Virus record (IMG/VR): IMGVR_UViG_2579778660_000001
DNA length: 64,000 nt
Direction: 5' to 3' (one strand)
From: a virus
Taxonomy: Duplodnaviria > Heunggongvirae > Uroviricota > Caudoviricetes
Below, one piece after another: positions 36,918 to 47,112 of the stretch. Both the position numbers and the translations under genes were made by a program. Under the pieces are notes generated by a model. It was not told the DNA's origin. It searched no databases and worked only from the letters and a program-made list of their open reading frames with translations. Numbering within the stretch: position 1 is the first letter of the stretch; each line of letters opens with the position of its first letter.

Positions 36918-37718
36918 GTGGAAAATACTAAAGCAATTCAATACCGCTTGCGTAATGGCCTGCTGGTGGCTGTTAACGCCGACATGTCACTGCCGTTTGA
37001 CACGATTGAACGTACTATCATGACGTATCTCGGCTTTAATGAAGAGCTGAATGAAGAGCATGGCGTAGCTATATGGAGTGATGCAGGAAGCGGCGTTCAT
37101 CGTTACATCACCGCCAGGGGCAAAGACTACTCTCTGGAAGAACTGTTTACCCTTGCACAGTCTTTCGAATGTGTAGCATTAGACATGTTTAATGATCCTG
37201 CTATAGCGCAACGACTTATACGCGAGCTTGGGCTATCCGTTACACCAATTATCTTTAAGAATGGCAGCCTGACTGGCACATGGCGCGTAGAACGCATCTC
37301 AAACTACCTTCCATATAACCGACAGTTAAATGGAGTAATCTCCGGCGTTAATCAGCCCGTAGCGTGTGAAAATGTAAACCTGGTTGCCGCTGTTTTGGCA
37401 ACCGCATGTCGTGTTATCGGTTTGGCTAAACAGGCTTTTATTCATTTCCCAAATGGTGCAGAAGGTAGCGCAGAGATTATCGCGTGTGATTTCGAATTTA
37501 CCTGGATGCTACGCGAATATCTGGACCAAACAGTGTTCCGCGCCGAAGAACTGGATATGTATATCACGTCAACGATTCCTGATGATGTACGTGCTGAAGC
37601 AATCGCCACAGCAAGGGCCAAATGCCGTGCGGCGATTGCAGAGCAGGCCAAAGAAGAACCGTCCGATGAAGCCGTGGCTGATGTTGAAGCAGAGGTAGCG
37701 GAGGATGCTGACGCCTAA
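36918..37718 (+). CDS. hypothetical protein with acidic C-terminus, 266 aa
   Basis: GTG start with GGAGTGA RBS; long ORF. Confidence 0.45.
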   Translation: MENTKAIQYRLRNGLLVAVNADMSLPFDTIERTIMTYLGFNEELNEEHGVAIWSDAGSGVHRYITARGKDYSLEELFTLAQSFECVALDMFNDPAIAQRLIRELGLSVTPIIFKNGSLTGTWRVERISNYLPYNRQLNGVISGVNQPVACENVNLVAAVLATACRVIGLAKQAFIHFPNGAEGSAEIIACDFEFTWMLREYLDQTVFRAEELDMYITSTIPDDVRAEAIATARAKCRAAIAEQAKEEPSDEAVADVEAEVAEDADA

Positions 37719-37773
37719 AAACATCACCGAATTAGCTGGCTGACAGCAGAAAAAATCATTGAGTGATAGTAGG

Positions 37774-37804
37774 AAGCCCGCCTGGTTGAGCGGGCTTCTT
37801 TTCA
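37774..37804 (+). terminator. terminator hairpin (gaagcccgc-ctggttga-gcgggcttc + TTTT) between convergent operons
   Basis: 9-bp GC stem with T run. Confidence 0.65.
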
Positions 37805-38182
37805 AATATTGGGACCAAATAATTCACGTAGTTTTTCCGCTACTGAAGATACGGGGATTTCACCAGTTGCGGCCCCCACCGCTAGTTCCACCAGCACGGG
37901 AGAATCATATACCTGTATGCCGTTACGGCGTAGAAATAGCAGCGCACTGTTTAGCGCGGTACGCTTATTGGCATCATTGAATATATGCCCTCTCGCCGTA
38001 GCTACCAGGTAGGTGGCGGAGACTTCGAAAAGGTCGGTGATCTCTTCGTAGGCAACTCTGGCCTGAACTCTACCGATAATGGCCTCTGCCCTACCCGGAT
38101 CTGACATTCCCGGCAGGCCGCCGTAGCGGCTTATATTCGCATCATGAAGCGCAATAAGTTCTTCCGGTGATATATGCCTCAT
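37802..38182 (-). CDS. doc: Doc toxin (death on curing; Fic-fold kinase), 126 aa
   Basis: Near-identical to P1 Doc as recalled ([39 protein letters not shown]...); overlaps the phd stop. Confidence 0.95.
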
Positions 38183-38403
38183 TATCGGTTAACCAGTTCC
38201 TTGTTGGTGGAGTCCAGGGTGTCAAACAGGGATGCAAATTCAGCATCCAGCGCCGCTTTTTTGTAGGCTTCAAAAGTAGCCTTGCTGACAATTACTGCTG
38301 GCTCTCGGCCTCTGCGGGTGATTTCAACCTCTTCCCCGGCTTCAACATTGTTGAGCACTTCAGAAAGGTTGCCGCGCGCGGTACGGAAGTTAATGGATTG
38401 CAT
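38182..38403 (-). CDS. phd: Phd antitoxin (prevent host death), 73 aa
   Basis: Near-identical to P1 Phd ([49 protein letters not shown]...); true start is the ATG at 38403 (track start is 2 codons upstream). Confidence 0.95.
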
Positions 38404-38475
38404 AAACACCTCATGTACTCGTTATGTGTACACAACTATAAACTTCACAGGTATAAAGCACCAGCACTTTGCAGC

Positions 38476-38865
38476 TTAAATCACCGGACAATCGTCAAAT
38501 TCCCCACTTCGGACATCATTGATGACATGAGTGATCACACCAAAAACAGCATTACTCCCCGTGCATCCATCGTCATCCACTGGTAACGCCTCTTTCCTCC
38601 CGGTGCTTAAATCCTCCAGGTGCTGGCGCGGATACTTCCTGTATCTCTTTATGCGATATTCACCCTCCATAGCGCACACAAGCAGAGAACCATCAACCGG
38701 AGTAAGCGAGGAATCAACCACCAGCAAAGCACCCTGCAATATTCCCTCACGGTGATGGCTATCAGCTGCCCGCATGAAGTAGGTTGCTGATGGATGCCTG
38801 ATTAGTTGCTGATCAAGAGAAATTCGGCTTTCAACATAATCCGCCGCAGGAGAAGGGAAGCCCAT
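38476..38865 (-). CDS. humD: HumD (UmuD'-like S24 peptidase-fold mutagenesis protein), 129 aa
   Basis: GFPSPAADYVE...HPSATYF... aligns with UmuD; humD-phd-doc order as in P1. Confidence 0.8.
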   Translation of the reverse strand: MGFPSPAADYVESRISLDQQLIRHPSATYFMRAADSHHREGILQGALLVVDSSLTPVDGSLLVCAMEGEYRIKRYRKYPRQHLEDLSTGRKEALPVDDDGCTGSNAVFGVITHVINDVRSGEFDDCPVI

Positions 38866-38963
38866 AGCGTTTTACCTCAATGATACTGTTTATTCATACA
38901 GTATACATTAAAGATGCTTGAAGTGTGCAATAGCGCGATGCTTTGCGCTCGCCTGGTGGTGCG

Positions 38964-39215
38964 TTATTTTTTGGCTATATCTTCTTTCTGATACACCGGA
39001 TCGCTCCCTTTTGGCAACTGGAGGCTTAACTGCCGGTAGTGCCGTAGCCGTTCCATGAAATAGGCGCGCAGGTTTTCCGGTTGCTCACGGGCCACCTGCT
39101 CTGCAATCACAGGTATATTCAGCCGTTCTTTGTAAGCAACGCCGCTGGCGGCAAGGTCTACGTTCACCTTGTCTCGCTCTTCCTGGCTTTTAGCTGCTAT
39201 ATTTCGATCTGACAC
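38964..39215 (-). CDS. hot: Hot (homologue of DNA polymerase III theta subunit, HolE-like), 83 aa
   Basis: [43 protein letters not shown] parallels E. coli theta (recalled). Confidence 0.75.
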   Translation of the reverse strand: MSDRNIAAKSQEERDKVNVDLAASGVAYKERLNIPVIAEQVAREQPENLRAYFMERLRHYRQLSLQLPKGSDPVYQKEDIAKK

Positions 39216-39247
39216 AAGAAACCTCCAGGAGTTAGTGGATCAGGCAC

Positions 39248-39598
39248 ATGCACAACAACGTTCTCAATGTTAGCCGTTCAATTCAGACAATCAGAGACTG
39301 CACCAGTGTGGTGGCATCAATCCCATTGCGAAACAGCATAGACGAACTGCAAATTCGTGTATTGAATCTGAATCAGGCTAATAAGCAATTGCGCTTTATT
39401 TTGACGCTGAAAAGTGAAACAGAGGGGATAAAGCACAGCGTAAAAGTATTTTCTGAGGCCATTCTGCTTAATGAGAAGCTCCGGCATCTGGTAAGGCCAG
39501 AACGTCAATATCCTGACGTCCTGGCGCGTGAAAAAGACCTTCTTTCTGAAGTTCAGGATAGGGTGATCGATTTCGTCAAATGCTATCCCCTGCATTGA
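39248..39598 (+). CDS. hypothetical protein, 116 aa
   Basis: Isolated plus-strand ORF; AGGAG 14 nt upstream. Confidence 0.35.
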   Translation: MHNNVLNVSRSIQTIRDCTSVVASIPLRNSIDELQIRVLNLNQANKQLRFILTLKSETEGIKHSVKVFSEAILLNEKLRHLVRPERQYPDVLAREKDLLSEVQDRVIDFVKCYPLH

Positions 39599-39867
39599 GG
39601 GCAGGTGTTCCCTTCCGCAAAGTAGGGAAAACTGCTATCAAGTTCATCACACCATCTGCGATGGTCGTAGCACCAAAACGCCTCCCACGGTGCACGGAAA
39701 TACTTCATCCACCAGGACACTCGATCAGGTATATCTGCTGGTGGCAGTTCTTCTGGCAATAATTTGCCTGATAATTCCCTTTCCGCCCGCGACAGCATTT
39801 TTTTGAGGCTCGCGTTCTCTTTTTCAAGCTCATCTACGCGCACCTGTAATTCAGCTTTCGTTGGCAT
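39583..39867 (-). CDS. hypothetical protein with C-terminal Cys cluster, 94 aa
   Basis: Start re-assigned to MPTKAEL (GAGG RBS; overlaps the upstream stop); CPQC-type zinc-ribbon-like end. Confidence 0.4.
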   Translation of the reverse strand: MPTKAELQVRVDELEKENASLKKMLSRAERELSGKLLPEELPPADIPDRVSWWMKYFRAPWEAFWCYDHRRWCDELDSSFPYFAEGNTCPQCRG

Positions 39868-40789
39868 GGCCCGCCTCATGCTTTTCAGCCACCAGCGGCA
39901 ATAAAGCCCTGGCCATCTTATGAACCAATAGTGCATCAATAATGCCAAGCGTATGCCCCGGCTTAATGTTTAATGCCGCCTCAAGGTGACACCTTTCCAG
40001 GCCACTTTTCTCGGCTTGTTTATGATGATCTGGTGTAATAACGTCGCCCAAAACACGGCTAATTCTTTCTCGTAATTGCTGGGTGCCAGCACACTTGATC
40101 GCTGTATCGTGGAGACGGTTAACCAGTTCGCGATAAACATGCGGCTTAATTCGGATACGTTCACCGGTGACGCCCTTTCCTGGCGCTGGCACCGAACTAT
40201 CCGGAATATCCGGATAGTTGCCAGCCTCGTAAGCTACCCGCAGCCAGTGCATGAATGTTTCAGTGGACACACAACCACAGTCCACATCGATTTTCCCGCG
40301 TTGCTGTTCCAGCCATTGCCCAAAATCCAACCTGTAAGTCTTACTTTCAAGTTCATCACCATTGAACTCGACTTTCTGCGACGCTATGAGAGCTGATTCG
40401 TATTGTTCGCGAGTGACAACTGACTGGTATTCATCGCTATCAAGGTCACCAATTGGAAGCTCAATCTCACAACAAAAATTGCGCCCAAAGAAAGTGTCTT
40501 TTTTGTGGTCTGAGCCAAAAGCAAAAGTCGCGCATGGTGCCATTAAATTGACACTGGGTAGGTAACAATAACTCATTCCATCAGGCCACCCGCCGCACTT
40601 AGGCAGCTCCTTCACTAACAAGTCGATAAGCTTCATTTTTTTATCATCTTTGCAAGCCGCCAAAGCCATTTGGGCAAGTGCCAATACTTCATCTGCCGTA
40701 TATCCAGCACCGTGACCATACATTTCGATACGGGAAATAATCTCTGATATACGCTCTTCAGTGATTCTGGTCATTTCTTTTTGCGCCAT
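39851..40789 (-). CDS. hypothetical protein, 312 aa
   Basis: Shares the ...YRELVN.L.D.A...GT.QLRER... segment with the C-terminus of the DUF4406-like protein (49930-50541). Confidence 0.5.
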   Translation of the reverse strand: MAQKEMTRITEERISEIISRIEMYGHGAGYTADEVLALAQMALAACKDDKKMKLIDLLVKELPKCGGWPDGMSYCYLPSVNLMAPCATFAFGSDHKKDTFFGRNFCCEIELPIGDLDSDEYQSVVTREQYESALIASQKVEFNGDELESKTYRLDFGQWLEQQRGKIDVDCGCVSTETFMHWLRVAYEAGNYPDIPDSSVPAPGKGVTGERIRIKPHVYRELVNRLHDTAIKCAGTQQLRERISRVLGDVITPDHHKQAEKSGLERCHLEAALNIKPGHTLGIIDALLVHKMARALLPLVAEKHEAGHANES

Positions 40790-41145
40790 TTCTTTTCACA
40801 TTCCTTAGTCCATTTTTCAATGTTCATTTTGGCAATATCAGTCATTCCATCACCTAAGAAATACTTTCTCCGGTATGTCTTGCACTTAAACCACACTACA
40901 ACAGCCACCAGCCAGAAAATAAAAGGCCATACAGCAATACCAACGACAGCCGCGATAAAGCCCAATATCCATAAATGAAGCTCTCCAACTTCTGTTTCCG
41001 GCAATATTCTTAAAGAATTAAACAGCAGGCTGAACGAATGGTCGTATGCATTGGCAGTATAAGACATGCAATCCATATAATTAAAGTCATAGCCTGCGGC
41101 TGCCGCCCATAATGGGCGGTCAAGAAAATGTTTTAGTGTCATCAT
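40771..41145 (-). CDS. membrane protein, 124 aa
   Basis: Two hydrophobic helices and a basic C-terminus. Confidence 0.45.
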   Translation of the reverse strand: MMTLKHFLDRPLWAAAAGYDFNYMDCMSYTANAYDHSFSLLFNSLRILPETEVGELHLWILGFIAAVVGIAVWPFIFWLVAVVVWFKCKTYRRKYFLGDGMTDIAKMNIEKWTKECEKKWRKKK

Positions 41146-41151
41146 ATTAAT

Positions 41152-41541
41152 TTAAGGTTCAGACCAGTTATCTTCAATAGCAATGCTTAATCTTTGTAGC
41201 CATTCTGCTAATTTCAGCATTGCTTCTCTTTCGCTTAAACCACGAGGAAAATCATCAAGCGATATTGTTGGCTTGAAGCCCCCGTAATTATCCATTTCAA
41301 CGGTCAGATTTTGCTCCAGTACGGTATTCCTTACGCGGCTATTGTGGCGAAGCAAATATACTGAACGTGATTTATTGGTTTTGTGGTCGAGCTGATGTTC
41401 GGTAAGTATCATCTGGCTTTTGCCATGACTATTACCTCTCCACATACTTACCTCACTTAATAAAACAACTCCATACGTAGTTGATGATTTTTTCCCACGT
41501 AATATAAATCTGCACTCCGGCAGTAAAACCAAAGCCAACAA
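41152..41541 (-). CDS. hypothetical protein (start may be internal)
   Basis: ORF in the operon; no motif. Confidence 0.35.
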   Translation of the reverse strand: MLALVLLPECRFILRGKKSSTTYGVVLLSEVSMWRGNSHGKSQMILTEHQLDHKTNKSRSVYLLRHNSRVRNTVLEQNLTVEMDNYGGFKPTISLDDFPRGLSEREAMLKLAEWLQRLSIAIEDNWSEP

Positions 41542-41623
41542 TTGCTGAAAAAATCAAAACATTTACTTTTGACATTATAAATTTTCTCTCGGTGTCGTAG
41601 GTGATAGCACCATAATTGATAAT

Positions 41624-41875
41624 TTAGTGAGTTAGCAGTTCCATTTTTTGGATGATTTCCGCATGAGCATCATCGTTATCAACACTTAACTCGTTTAATG
41701 CCTCTCGCACCACATCAACTTCTTCTGGTTGGAAGAAATCATCTCGGTAGTCACCAAATAGAACCGAAACAAGCCTGCCACCAGCAACATCAAGATTGGC
41801 GCTAACAGGTGGCTCTTTACCATCCTCAAATTCGACTACAAAAGTTATTTTTCCCATCGTTACCACCAGCGACAA
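41624..41875 (-). CDS. hypothetical small acidic protein
   Basis: Operon context. Confidence 0.35.
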   Translation of the reverse strand: MSLVVTMGKITFVVEFEDGKEPPVSANLDVAGGRLVSVLFGDYRDDFFQPEEVDVVREALNELSVDNDDAHAEIIQKMELLTH

Positions 41876-41939
41876 ATTGAATACAAACCCAGTGCTGCCG
41901 CCATCACAATTCCTACCGTGGTGAATGCTTCAGGCCAGC

Positions 41940-42782
41940 TCATTGATTCACCTCCTGCGGCGGTTCTGGTAGCGGCATCCAGTGGGTTACCTCTTTGAGA
42001 TGCAGGTCTTCGCCGTCGCCGTCATCCCACGTTGGATTGCCATCATCAAACCAGTCGCCATATACGCCAACCTGAGTGTTTGGTATGTTGGGCCAATAGT
42101 TATTTTTGAAATCAGCAGCTAATACATAGCGCTGCTTTTCACCCATTTCCGGCATCCGCTCGCTTACCGGAATCCATTTACCCGGCACGGTAGCGGGTTC
42201 ACTGCCGGGTAGTTGCGGCGCGGCTGCGAGCATGGCCTCGGTTTCCGCAATCAGGTTGTGAGGTAGTTGGCATCCTGCATTTTGCATGCCGTGGCCAAAT
42301 GCCAGCCAGCGCCGAAGCATGTCCGCTGAACCATCCGGAATTACCGGAGAGTTGCCAGCCAGCGCGTTCAACTTGTAAGCCTGGCTTACAGGTTCGGCAC
42401 TATGAAGCATGGCAGCTCGGCAGGCGTTCCAGCCAGATGTTCGCCCAAGCGCGTAAACTTCAGATGGCTCAAGATAATCAATGTCATGCCCGTCCTCATC
42501 GTCGTTCTCAGGTAATGCAGCAGGTACTACCGGTACTGGCGGGGCGGCATAAACAGGAATAACGTCCGATTGCTCTTTATTGCTTTCATCCGTTAAAGCC
42601 CAGAATAATTTTCCAGCCGGATGTTTGAAAATATAAGCAACTGGTTCTGCTTCCAGCGATGCCAGAGCAATTCGTGCCAGTTCTTCCGCTTCTTCTGCTG
42701 GCAGTACAACGTTGCTACCAGGTCCGTATGTTTCGCGCCACTGCTTGATTGTCAGCAGTCGCTCTTTGGTAATAGTGGTCAT
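41940..42782 (-). CDS. DUF551-like phage protein, 280 aa
   Basis: C-terminal ...THWMPLPEPP, the characteristic DUF551 ending (recalled). Confidence 0.45.
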   Translation of the reverse strand: MTTITKERLLTIKQWRETYGPGSNVVLPAEEAEELARIALASLEAEPVAYIFKHPAGKLFWALTDESNKEQSDVIPVYAAPPVPVVPAALPENDDEDGHDIDYLEPSEVYALGRTSGWNACRAAMLHSAEPVSQAYKLNALAGNSPVIPDGSADMLRRWLAFGHGMQNAGCQLPHNLIAETEAMLAAAPQLPGSEPATVPGKWIPVSERMPEMGEKQRYVLAADFKNNYWPNIPNTQVGVYGDWFDDGNPTWDDGDGEDLHLKEVTHWMPLPEPPQEVNQ

Positions 42783-43120
42783 TTGTTAATCCTCAAAACT
42801 TTATGCCCGGGCGCAAAAGCACGCGTTTTGTCTTTGCTTATTCGCCAGCCATCCTTGCGCGCCTCTTTTGCACAGCCAGCCCATGACGTACCTATATACT
42901 CACCGAAGTCTGGCGACTTATATTTGCCATCTGTACACTGGAGGCAGTCACAATAGAGATGCATGGTGTAACTTGCGGCAATAGCCATATCACTCTCCTT
43001 TAGTGCGCAAATGGTTTTTTCCAGCGGTTTTGCGCCGCGCTGGGCTTTTTGCAAAAACCACAATCCATCATCCCGTAATATTTCATCAACCCCATCCGTC
43101 GGTTGCTGAGTCTCACCCAC
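42779..43120 (-). CDS. hypothetical Cys-rich protein (alternative: two coupled small genes, with the distal one starting at the internal ATG after AAGGAGAGTGAT)
   Basis: GTG start without RBS; an internal copy of the junction motif TAAAGGAGAGTGATATGG suggests the real gene is the 69-aa C-terminal part (MAIAASYTMHLYCDCLQC...). Confidence 0.35.
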   Translation of the reverse strand: MGETQQPTDGVDEILRDDGLWFLQKAQRGAKPLEKTICALKESDMAIAASYTMHLYCDCLQCTDGKYKSPDFGEYIGTSWAGCAKEARKDGWRISKDKTRAFAPGHKVLRINK

Positions 43121-43351
43121 TGCCAGACGCCAGGAGCGTTTCTACGAACTAACAGAATCTTTGCTTTACGGTTTTTCATCGCTTTGCTCTCCTGCGTCTC
43201 TTTGCTGCTCGTCGTGCCGCTGCAATACCGGTATGGCGGCGCTTTGGTGCCGGGATGATGTTGTCAGCCATCAGGACATGTGGCTTTGCAATTAGCGCAG
43301 AAGCCCAAAAACGAGTCGGGTACGGTAACAAGCCGATACATGCCACACGCA

Positions 43352-43609
43352 TTACTCACCTCCTTTAATGCGAATGCCAGCGGCGCGGATGGCGTCAGCG
43401 CAATAATCGATAGCGCAGTTGTGTCCTTTGCCGAAATCATCCTCAGCCATCACTTTGTCATCGAGTTTTATCTCGATAGCTGCGCGAGATGCCTGCCATG
43501 CCCTCCATGCCATTTCCGTGGATGAATAAACATACCCGCAATCACCATATACAAGGCTTAAATTTTGCTTTTTCGCGAACTCCAAAAACTGCTTTCTTGA
43601 TTCGTCCAT
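43352..43609 (-). CDS. hypothetical protein, 85 aa, ending ...GIRIKGGE
   Basis: Start re-assigned to MDESRKQ (ATG 2 nt after the upstream stop, RBS GGAGAG embedded in the upstream C-terminal codons). Confidence 0.45.
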   Translation of the reverse strand: MDESRKQFLEFAKKQNLSLVYGDCGYVYSSTEMAWRAWQASRAAIEIKLDDKVMAEDDFGKGHNCAIDYCADAIRAAGIRIKGGE

Positions 43610-43610
43610 A

Positions 43611-44513
43611 TCACTCTCCTTTGATGCGAATACCAGCAAGCCAGTTTCTTATGCCGATATATTCAGCATTCCTGAAACCGCTTTTTACATATATAAATGG
43701 CAAGCGAAGATTGTGACCATTGGCTGCCAGGTAGTCTTTACAACCCTGTTCGGTGAAACAGCAGGTAACGAATTCATCAATATCTTTCACAGCAACGCGC
43801 CGCCATTTTTCTGGTGGCTCTCGAAAGTTTTCGTGAAGTAGTTCGAGACGACGACTTTGGCGTTTATTGGCTTCATTGCCATCTTCATCAACCCAGACAA
43901 TCCGGTCATAGTCATAATCAGCATCAACAACGATTTCGCGCTTTTGATACACACAAAACATAGGGTCTGACGTTATTCGATTATCCTGTGTTCGAATATT
44001 TTCACCGATGATGCCAAACGAATCTGGTGCAGATTTTGTCTGCAACTCTTCGATACGTTCAGCCATCGCAGCACACTCTTCAAAGTTGCTTAATGCTTTT
44101 CGCTCCGATTCAGCGCATTGTTTTTCCAGTTCTGCTATGCGCTTACCTCCATCCGCGATTACTCCCTCGTAATGCTCGCGCTGCTCGTTGAGTTTTGATT
44201 TTGCCGACTCCAGTTGTTTTGTTAGTTCCACAATACGGCAAACATCGTTGATACGCGTTTCCTCTAATGCGTTGATCTCATCCAGTAGTGCCAGTGCAAC
44301 TTTTGGTGGGATAGCCGCGATATAACGGGCATTGGCACTAGCGTTCCTCTGTCCATCAATGCCAGGCCAGTCAATAAAGTATCCGCAATGCCTACCCTCA
44401 GACGTGCGCGCAGGATAAATGCCGTTATGTCCCGGCAAAATATATGCTACCCATTCATCTTGCGTTGCCTGCTCCGCTGCCTCGCGCAACTCCTGATAGT
44501 TAGTTTCACTCAC
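43611..44513 (-). CDS. Ead/Ea22-like protein, 300 aa, ending ...GIRIKGE
   Basis: N-terminus MSETNYQELREAAEQ and coiled coil paralogous to 48635-49120; the C-terminal IKGE codons carry the RBS for the next gene. Confidence 0.5.
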   Translation of the reverse strand: MSETNYQELREAAEQATQDEWVAYILPGHNGIYPARTSEGRHCGYFIDWPGIDGQRNASANARYIAAIPPKVALALLDEINALEETRINDVCRIVELTKQLESAKSKLNEQREHYEGVIADGGKRIAELEKQCAESERKALSNFEECAAMAERIEELQTKSAPDSFGIIGENIRTQDNRITSDPMFCVYQKREIVVDADYDYDRIVWVDEDGNEANKRQSRRLELLHENFREPPEKWRRVAVKDIDEFVTCCFTEQGCKDYLAANGHNLRLPFIYVKSGFRNAEYIGIRNWLAGIRIKGE

Positions 44514-44700
44514 TATCTGCTCCTTCCGCTTTCTCTGCTTTATCCGCCATGATTTCCAGCTTTTGTGCTGCTGATGCCGCTAACATTTGAAATTCTTCAT
44601 CTGTTTCAACTGGAATTGGTACAAACCTGACTCCAATTTGAGCAAGGCTATGCGCCATCTCTAGACTTGCTCTTAACTCTGCTGGTGAGGCTTTATTCAT
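44506..44700 (-). CDS. hypothetical small protein, 64 aa
   Basis: Overlaps the downstream start. Confidence 0.35.
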   Translation of the reverse strand: MNKASPAELRASLEMAHSLAQIGVRFVPIPVETDEEFQMLAASAAQKLEIMADKAEKAEGADSE

Positions 44701-44796
44701 TTGGCTTCCTCCTTCCGATACATCATGATTGCCAGACCTCCCTTTGTAGTAATGCGGATGGTGCTGCCTGGCTCCATGCTCATGCCTTTATCCCAA

Positions 44797-45792
44797 TCAG
44801 TTATTAAACGTGATTACTCCGCGCTCGATGGCGAAGTCAAAAAGCTGGTTAGCGGCTACGTAAAGGCGTATGCCATGTGCTTTTTCCCATGCCCGGACAT
44901 CGTTTTCTGCGCTTCTGGCGCAGTCATCGCAAAGAGGAACAGCCCAGCGGTCGTGTTCGTTTAACGAGCGGGCGCGGTACATGAACGGGTGGTTAACTTT
45001 GCCACCGCATCCGATGCACGGACGAGAAACCACAAACCGGAGATAAGCCGGGCTTTTACCGAGGACCGCTTTTGGTCGGCGCATATAAAGCAGGCCGGAA
45101 TCCTCATCTACAGACAGGTTGACGATCTGCTCTGCGGTTATGTCCACCAGCTCGCGGGTACTGTGCTCCCAGGTGATATCTGATTCTTTCAGCGTACCGG
45201 TAGGGATTTCAGTTTTTGGCTGACAAAATGCAATGCGACCGGCTTCATCTGGCAGCTCATCTTTCAGATTCCGGCGAATGGCCCAAAAAGTGAGTTCAAC
45301 CATACTCAGATCGCGTTCTGGCGGTAGTTTTAACTCGCTCGCAGCCCAGTTCATAACCCAGTTGGCACGATTCAGGGATAACTGGTCGTCCAGCTTGCTG
45401 TACCCCTTCATCATGTATTCCGCATCATGCTTCCAGCACAGGCGAACGGCAGAGCCGTTATAGAAATGAGTGGTTAGCTGGTGGCTGCAATCGCGCTTAT
45501 CGTGCGCCTGGCAATCGTGGATATTGGAACTTACCCAATGAACAAGCGAATCTTCACCGCCCAACGCGTTAAATACGCGCTCGCTTTGAAAAAACGGTTT
45601 CAGAGACTGGTTGGCAACCAGCGAATAATTCAGATCCACTACGCCATCTGGAGTGTTTTCAGCCTGTTCACGCGGAAGTGGGGAGATAATGAAACGGCGA
45701 CCTGCGCCAATGTAGTTACTGGTGGGCTTGTCTACCGGAAAGACAGCCACACCAGCTCCGTTTACGAAATGAGGTGTGATTATTGCACTCAT
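44797..45792 (-). CDS. hypothetical protein with C-terminal Cys4 cluster (CxxC...C..C), 331 aa
   Basis: Long ORF; an operator-like site in its upstream region. Confidence 0.5.
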   Translation of the reverse strand: MSAIITPHFVNGAGVAVFPVDKPTSNYIGAGRRFIISPLPREQAENTPDGVVDLNYSLVANQSLKPFFQSERVFNALGGEDSLVHWVSSNIHDCQAHDKRDCSHQLTTHFYNGSAVRLCWKHDAEYMMKGYSKLDDQLSLNRANWVMNWAASELKLPPERDLSMVELTFWAIRRNLKDELPDEAGRIAFCQPKTEIPTGTLKESDITWEHSTRELVDITAEQIVNLSVDEDSGLLYMRRPKAVLGKSPAYLRFVVSRPCIGCGGKVNHPFMYRARSLNEHDRWAVPLCDDCARSAENDVRAWEKAHGIRLYVAANQLFDFAIERGVITFNN

Positions 45793-45833
45793 AATGTATA
45801 CCGACTCTGTTTTGTTCCGAGCGGTAAAATAAT

Positions 45834-45866
45834 ATGTTAGAAAACTAAAATCAACGTTCTAACGTA
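45834..45866 (+). promoter_or_regulatory. operator-like pair (ATGTTAGAAAACTAAAA plus inverted half-site CGTTCTAACG)
   Basis: Motif copy with partner forming GTTAGAA-N15-TTCTAAC. Confidence 0.5.
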
Positions 45867-45890
45867 ATTTTGAGTGCGTAAATGATTTGA

Positions 45891-46583
45891 TCAGACTTTA
45901 AGCTGCCCTCCCTTCACCTGCATTAGCGTCAGATTTCCGCAAAAAACCGCGCCCGTGTCTATGTAGTGCTGATTCCAGTATGCTTTTGGTCTTCGTACCG
46001 GTGTGTGCCCAAAGATAAAGCGATCTGCGCCTGTGATTTCTCCACCAATGCCATCTATCGAATCACCGACGCGACTGCGCGACCAGACAACATCAAAAAG
46101 CGACACATCCTTACCGAACTGGTACTCTCCACCTGGATAGTCGGCATGGGCTATAACGATAGTTTCATGCCCGGTGTTCAGCTCAATGATATAGGGCAGA
46201 CGCTTTACCAGCTCCACCAGCGCCCAGGCTAATATTTCCTGATCAGTGTCCAGCATGAAGAACCATTGTCCGCCATTCATTAGCCAGTTATTCACGTTGC
46301 CATCAGGACTTAACGCATCAAGCATCAACCGCTCATGGTTCCCCATTACTGCCCTGAACCAGGGCATCTGCAATAGTTCCAGACATTCGACATTTTCAGT
46401 ACCGCGATCGATAAGGTCGCCAACCGATATCAGTAAATCCTGCGCCGGGTCAAAATCCACACGATGGAGTTCGGACATCAGTCTGGTGTAGCAACCATGC
46501 AGATCACCAACAACCCATATGTTTCTATAGCCAGAACCATCAATACGGCTATATAAATTCACTTCATGCAGAGCCTGGGTCAT
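45891..46583 (-). CDS. Ser/Thr protein phosphatase (lambda-PPase-type calcineurin-like metallophosphatase)
   Basis: Motifs GDLHG, GDLIDRG and GNHE. Confidence 0.8.
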   Translation of the reverse strand: MTQALHEVNLYSRIDGSGYRNIWVVGDLHGCYTRLMSELHRVDFDPAQDLLISVGDLIDRGTENVECLELLQMPWFRAVMGNHERLMLDALSPDGNVNNWLMNGGQWFFMLDTDQEILAWALVELVKRLPYIIELNTGHETIVIAHADYPGGEYQFGKDVSLFDVVWSRSRVGDSIDGIGGEITGADRFIFGHTPVRRPKAYWNQHYIDTGAVFCGNLTLMQVKGGQLKV

Positions 46584-46891
46584 GCGGCAACCTTCTCACG
46601 CAGCCAGATACAAACCGGACCATCTTCAGTGTCATGAATAGAGCCAACAAACCAGCCTTCACCCTCTGGTCGCTCCGGTTCCCAGGCGGCAATATCGGGA
46701 CCAGCTGCGTCCAGATCAAAATCATCTTCATCCATACTGCGAATAGTCCACTGAAGATTATTTTCCTTCATCCAGGCGTCAAATTCCTCAGTGGAAATAT
46801 ATTCACGGCCTGCGCAAAACTTTTCATACTCCGGATGTGTCCAGCAGCCATATTCATCACGTTCTACCGGCATTTCTTTAATTGTGCTCAC
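46580..46891 (-). CDS. hypothetical acidic protein, 103 aa
   Basis: ATGA-type overlap. Confidence 0.4.
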   Translation of the reverse strand: MSTIKEMPVERDEYGCWTHPEYEKFCAGREYISTEEFDAWMKENNLQWTIRSMDEDDFDLDAAGPDIAAWEPERPEGEGWFVGSIHDTEDGPVCIWLREKVAA

Positions 46892-47112
46892 TCTTCATCC
46901 TCCAAGTCGGCAACGGCCTCCATCACATCAGAACCGCGAATAAACTCAAAAGCACGGCAAGCCATTTCAAACACCTGTTGTTCTTGCGGATGCGGTGACT
47001 CCCAATACTTAAAACCAGGTCGATGCTCGTAACCCATCATGGAATAAAAATCGCCAGCAAGTTCAATCGCGGCATCAACAAGTTCGCGATTTGTCATCGT
47101 TTGTTCTGTCAT
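46888..47112 (-). CDS. hypothetical small protein, 74 aa
   Basis: Operon context. Confidence 0.35.
   Translation of the reverse strand: MTEQTMTNRELVDAAIELAGDFYSMMGYEHRPGFKYWESPHPQEQQVFEMACRAFEFIRGSDVMEAVADLEDEE

Noticed and set aside
43280-43525. 81-aa plus-strand ORF
   Set aside because: It lies antisense to a tightly coupled minus-strand operon; a minus-strand 58-aa ORF with a perfect AAGGAGG RBS is more plausible, though itself uncertain.
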